A program made the translations under genes and the position numbers. This document shows, in pieces, positions 29,982 through 32,000 of a stretch of 32,000 bases of DNA; the stretch's first letter is position 1; the number at the start of each line of letters is the position of its first letter. The stretch comes from Pasteurella multocida (lineage in GTDB: Bacteria; Pseudomonadota; Gammaproteobacteria; Enterobacterales; Pasteurellaceae). The stretch is taken from NCBI RefSeq assembly GCF_900187275.1, contig NZ_LT906458.1, forward strand, positions 1,110,001 to 1,142,000, written 5' to 3'. The notes beneath the pieces were generated by a model. The model was not told the origin of the DNA, did no database searches, and saw nothing but the letters and a program-made list of their open reading frames with translations.

Positions 29982-30329
29982 TTATTGAGGAATATCGCTA
30001 TTTTTTGTCTCAACCGCTGGCGCATCTATTTTTTGCTGTTGTTGAATTTGCTCAGCTGTTGCAGATAAATCATCAAATTTGCCTTGCTTGACGTTATTAC
30101 GGTGAGAGTTAACATTGCCAATCACAATACTCATCACAAAAAACGCTGTCGCTAAAAGCGCTGTCATTTTAGATAAAAAGTTACCTGACCCAACAGAACC
30201 AAAAATTGTACCAGAGGCACCACCGCCAAAAGACGCACCAGCATCCGCACCTTTACCTTGTTGAATCAAGATCAGAAAGACGATGACAATTGCAATGATT
30301 GCATAACCCAATAATAGTGTTTGATACAT
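29982..30329 (-). CDS. secG: Preprotein translocase subunit SecG
   Basis: MYQTLLLGYAIIAIVIVFLILIQQGKGADAGASFGGGASGTIFGSVGSGNFLSKMTA. Confidence 0.97.
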   Translation of the reverse strand: MYQTLLLGYAIIAIVIVFLILIQQGKGADAGASFGGGASGTIFGSVGSGNFLSKMTALLATAFFVMSIVIGNVNSHRNNVKQGKFDDLSATAEQIQQQQKIDAPAVETKNSDIPQ

Positions 30330-30546
30330 TATACTCTTCTCTAAAGTGCAAATTTGCATTTAAATTAACGTGCGGATATTATCGAATATCGTCATGAAGC
30401 GCAAGTAATTTTCTTCATTCCCATGTCACTTGTTGGTATTTTATTCAACAGTACTTAATTCCTCACTCATTCAGCCTCAATTAGCCCCCGCTTACCTGAG
30501 CAAAGTCCAAAAGATGTAACTTTTATCTAACTGGCATTTTACCTTG

Positions 30547-32000
30547 CTAAGTAGGACGCTTTTTAGACTTCGCGCTCGTCTTTTTCGAAAAAGACGGAGG
30601 TTTCTCCACTTGACTTAATTGGCGTAACGCGGCGAAGTTCACATAACGCATCAACTCAGGTAAAAAGTTCGTCAACGTTGACATAAATTGCTGATAACTC
30701 ATTTCTTTCTGACTAATACTGGTCAATTGTGATTCCCAATGCGCAGTCATATCAGGCTGTGTTGCCACATCGGGTAAGGCTTGAATTAAAATACGCCCAG
30801 TTTCAGTACTGTGAATATTGCGTCCTTTTTTATATAAAAAACCCCGCTTAAATAAGAGTTCAATAATGCCAGCCCTTGTTGCTTCTGTCCCTAACCCATC
30901 TGTTTCCCGCAGAATTTTTTTCAATTCTTTGTCTTGTACAAAACGCGCAATTCCGGTCATTGCAGAAAGCAATGTCGCATCAGTAAAGGGTTTAGGGGGT
31001 TGTGTTTTTTTACTAACAATTTCCCCTTTCTCGCAAAATAAAATCTGCCCTTTTTTCACGACAGGTAATAAAGGTTCTTGCTGCTCATCACTGTCTTCTT
31101 TCCCCAAAAGTTGTTTCCAGCCCGCAACTTGTAAATTCCGCGCTTGCGCAATAAAGGAGCCCCCCGCAATATTTAAGGTTATTTTACTTTTCCGATATTC
31201 TGCATCCGGACAAAATTGCATTAAATACTGCCGTGCGATTAAATGATAAATTTGCCATTCACGCTGATTCAGGTTAACGGGGGTATTTTTCGCTGTTGGA
31301 ATAATGGCGTGGTGTGCCTCTACTTTTTTATCATTCCAGCAACGATTTTTTTGCTCTGGATTTAAAATATCAGGCAAAGGCTGATAGTCTGAAATATGGC
31401 GAGAAATCGCCTGAAAGACTTTTGTGCGTTCCGCGAAATGCTCTTCTGGTAAATAACGGCAATCCGAACGCGGATATGTAATCAAACGGTGCGTTTCATA
31501 CAAACGTTGACAAATATCCAATACTTCTTGTGCCGATAAGCCATAACGTTTCGCCGCATCAATTTGTAACGCGGACAAAGAATAAGGCAACGGCGCACTT
31601 TCATGTTCGCGTTTATCCACATACTCCACCACCTCTGCAGGTTGTTGCGCAATCCGTTTGACTACATTTTCCACTAACCCTAACGAAAGCACACGTCCTT
31701 CTTCGTCCTGATAATCTTCGCACGCCTTACTTGGCAGCCATAAGGCTTTAAATTGTGGAATGTCCGCTTTCTCTTGCGCAGAAAGTGCGGTGATTTTTTC
31801 TGGTGTTTCCGCTTGAATATGGGCAAGTACTTCAAAAAAATCCTTTGGTTTGAAGTTTTCGATCTCTAAATCTCGACGCACAATCAAGCCCAACACAGGG
31901 GTTTGTACACGTCCCACTGACAACACACCTTGATAACCAGCTTGCCGACCTCGCAAGGTATAAGCGCGTGTCATGTTAATACCATACAGCCAATCTGCCC
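30547..32000 (-). CDS. topB: DNA topoisomerase III, C-terminal portion (N-terminus outside the window)
   Basis: [49 protein letters not shown]. The frame stays open to the right edge. Confidence 0.95.
   Translation of the reverse strand, partial: ADWLYGINMTRAYTLRGRQAGYQGVLSVGRVQTPVLGLIVRRDLEIENFKPKDFFEVLAHIQAETPEKITALSAQEKADIPQFKALWLPSKACEDYQDEEGRVLSLGLVENVVKRIAQQPAEVVEYVDKREHESAPLPYSLSALQIDAAKRYGLSAQEVLDICQRLYETHRLITYPRSDCRYLPEEHFAERTKVFQAISRHISDYQPLPDILNPEQKNRCWNDKKVEAHHAIIPTAKNTPVNLNQREWQIYHLIARQYLMQFCPDAEYRKSKITLNIAGGSFIAQARNLQVAGWKQLLGKEDSDEQQEPLLPVVKKGQILFCEKGEIVSKKTQPPKPFTDATLLSAMTGIARFVQDKELKKILRETDGLGTEATRAGIIELLFKRGFLYKKGRNIHSTETGRILIQALPDVATQPDMTAHWESQLTSISQKEMSYQQFMSTLTNFLPELMRYVNFAALRQLSQVEKPPSFSKKTSAKSKKRPT

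Noticed and set aside
30818-31246. 142-aa plus-strand ORF inside topB
   Set aside because: Antisense to the conserved topB coding sequence, with no supporting signals.

Overview
Chromosomal window from a member of the Pasteurellaceae. The evidence is repeated AAGTGCGGT-type uptake signal sequences and Haemophilus/Pasteurella-like proteins. Most of it is core metabolism: trhP/yegQ, queA, a HAD phosphatase, a DcuC-type transporter, tgt-yajC-secD-secF, glyA, purD, a phosphoethanolamine-transferase-like gene, purH, dsbD, rpmE2-rpmJ2, arcA, ubiD, smpB, a mop-like gene, a QseBC-type two-component pair, secG-tRNA-Leu(GAG) and a partial topB. The most notable locus is 26.4-29.8 kb. It encodes a DoxX-family protein, a signal-peptide-bearing Cys-rich precursor with six EGKCG motifs plus one EGKCL in 57-bp tandem repeats, a DUF692/MNIO enzyme, a DUF2063-type partner protein, and a convergent ECF sigma/short zinc-finger anti-sigma pair. 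This is a copper-binding RiPP (HvfABC/bufferin-type 'oxazolin') system. The family is known, but this precursor has a distinctive repeat architecture with His-Asp-His linkers. A second notable region (1.87-3.4 kb, minus strand) contains an exact 611-bp-period tandem duplication of an uncharacterised one-TM protein gene. Each copy is followed by a truncated 'MALPTAT' ORF, and the region ends in an HlyD-like type I secretion adaptor remnant. Other leads are a PurR box over the purH promoter with an LPS-modification-type gene wedged between purH and purD, two promoter-to-terminator units (candidate sRNAs/leaders), and a QseB/PmrA-like box. No CRISPR array, rRNA or intact transposase was seen.
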